Positions 62,855-64,000 of a stretch of 64,000 bases of DNA are shown one piece after another (positions within the stretch are counted from its first letter, which is position 1; each line of letters begins with the position of its first letter). The translations under genes were made by a program, and so were the position numbers. Below the pieces are notes generated by a model. It was given only the letters and a program-made list of their open reading frames with translations, searched no databases and was not told the origin of the DNA. Where the stretch lies: positions 1-64,000 of the forward strand of contig CAWJMT010000009.1 of the NCBI GenBank assembly GCA_963844035.1, read 5' to 3'. The DNA is from an uncultured Gemmatimonadales bacterium. GTDB lineage: Bacteria > Gemmatimonadota > Gemmatimonadetes > Gemmatimonadales > GWC2-71-9.

Positions 62855-63907
62855 ATGGGAGCTCTCACCTTCGACGCGCTCCTTCGGGGCCTCAAACGCA
62901 GCACGCCCGATCCCGTCTACTATCTCCATGGTGACCAGGACGTCCTGAAGGACGAAGCGATCCGGGCGCTGCTCGATCGAGCACTCGAGCCCGGGGCACG
63001 TGATTTCAATCTTGATAACCGCAGCGCCGCGAGCCTGGACCCGGAGGCGTTTCACGCCCTCGTCAACACTCCCCCGATGCTCGCCCAAACGCGCGTGGTC
63101 ATCGTCCGGGGGGTGGAGCAGGTCAAGAAGGCGTCCGCGCTCTACAAGGAAATGACTCGCTACTTGGCCGCTCCGAATCCCACCACTGTGCTGATCCTCG
63201 TTCAAGGTGCCGGCGAAAGTCCTGATGGAGGCTTCGTCAAGGAAGCAACTTCGGTCGCGGTGGAGCCCCTGCCTCCGGAGCGGGTCGCCAAATGGATGGC
63301 GCGCAAAGCAGCTGAATTGCGGCTGGCATTGGAGCCCGACGCCGGTACGCTGCTGCTTGATGTCGCGGGACACGATCTAGGGTTCCTCGGGCAGGAGCTC
63401 GAGAAACTTGCAGTCCTGACCGGCGGCCGGCCGGGGACGAGCGCGGACGTCGCGGCGCTGGTTGGGGTGCGGCACGGTGAAACGTTGGCCGACCTGGTCG
63501 AGGCCGCGCTCGCGCGTCGCGGTCCCGCAGCCGCGCGGCTCGTCGAGCCGGTGCTCCAGCAGTCTGGGATGTCGGGGGTTCGCGTGGTGACCGCCCTGGG
63601 AACGGCGTTGGTGGGGACTGCCCTGGCCCGGGCCGAGCTGGACCGGGGGGTGGGAGCGGCCCGGCTTGCCGACGTCCTGTTCCGCCACATCGTCGCGGCC
63701 CGGCCGTTTGGTCTCGGCAACTGGAAAGAAGAAGCGGCACGGTGGGCCCGCTGGGCTACCGGATGGCAGCTGGCCGGGCTGCAGCGGGCGCTCCGTCGCA
63801 CGCTGGCCGCCGACGGTGCACTGAAGACGTCAACCGTGAGCGACGAGGGGGCGATCGTGATGGAGCTGCTGCTCACGTGGGCGGTGCCGGAACGGGAGGC
63901 CGCGTGA
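62855..63907 (+). CDS. holA: DNA polymerase III delta subunit
   Basis: PVYYLHG, DFN, PM...RVVIV, QELEKL, AD..LK. Confidence 0.85.
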   Translation: MGALTFDALLRGLKRSTPDPVYYLHGDQDVLKDEAIRALLDRALEPGARDFNLDNRSAASLDPEAFHALVNTPPMLAQTRVVIVRGVEQVKKASALYKEMTRYLAAPNPTTVLILVQGAGESPDGGFVKEATSVAVEPLPPERVAKWMARKAAELRLALEPDAGTLLLDVAGHDLGFLGQELEKLAVLTGGRPGTSADVAALVGVRHGETLADLVEAALARRGPAAARLVEPVLQQSGMSGVRVVTALGTALVGTALARAELDRGVGAARLADVLFRHIVAARPFGLGNWKEEAARWARWATGWQLAGLQRALRRTLAADGALKTSTVSDEGAIVMELLLTWAVPEREAA

Positions 63908-64000
63908 GAACAGCGGCGGTCGGGCGGTCGGCCGGTCAGGCGGTCGGGCTCGCGTTGATGCTGTTGACCGGCGGACCGCCTGACCGCCTGACCGCTCAAC
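63904..64000 (+). CDS. 5' end of a secreted protein (partial)
   Basis: GTGA overlap with holA; reads MRTAAVGRSAGQAVGLALMLLTGGPPDRLTAQ, signal-peptide-like. Confidence 0.5.
   Translation, partial: MRTAAVGRSAGQAVGLALMLLTGGPPDRLTAQ

Overview
High-GC bacterial chromosomal window. Gene style suggests Gemmatimonadota, but this is inference only. Many single-base frameshifts in otherwise conserved genes look like long-read consensus errors. The first ~40 kb is a respiratory/heme supercluster. It holds three near-identical Cyc2-like fused monoheme cytochrome-porin genes and two periplasmic monoheme cytochromes, interleaved with a split System I cytochrome c maturation operon (ccmAB / ccmCDEFGH-I). 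Next comes a tandem array of eight paralogous small lipoprotein-like genes with hypervariable C-terminal Cys loops, then lepB, a TolB-like protein and tkt. A ~18 kb minus-strand run follows, reading Mrp, PCP_red protein, ferredoxin, USP/PCP_red protein, radical SAM, CydA-like (bd-like) protein, three c-type cytochromes, cupredoxin-like protein, A-type heme-copper oxidase, ctaB, ChdC-Rieske fusion, hemE and hemY. The rest holds greA, a methyltransferase, an ATP-grasp protein, nfuA, metE, a cupredoxin, a LytS/LytTR pair, tRNA-Phe, a DUF3604/HupE/PpiC/ABC exporter operon, upp, ydcF, a NUDIX hydrolase, an ECF sigma/anti-sigma pair and holA. The best candidates for an undescribed system are (1) a putative outer-membrane-to-O2 electron-uptake (Fe(II)/metal-oxidation-like) chain, with conserved structured UTRs on the cyc2-like genes, and (2) the variable Cys-loop lipoprotein array. 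All family assignments are from motif recognition by eye, not database searches.
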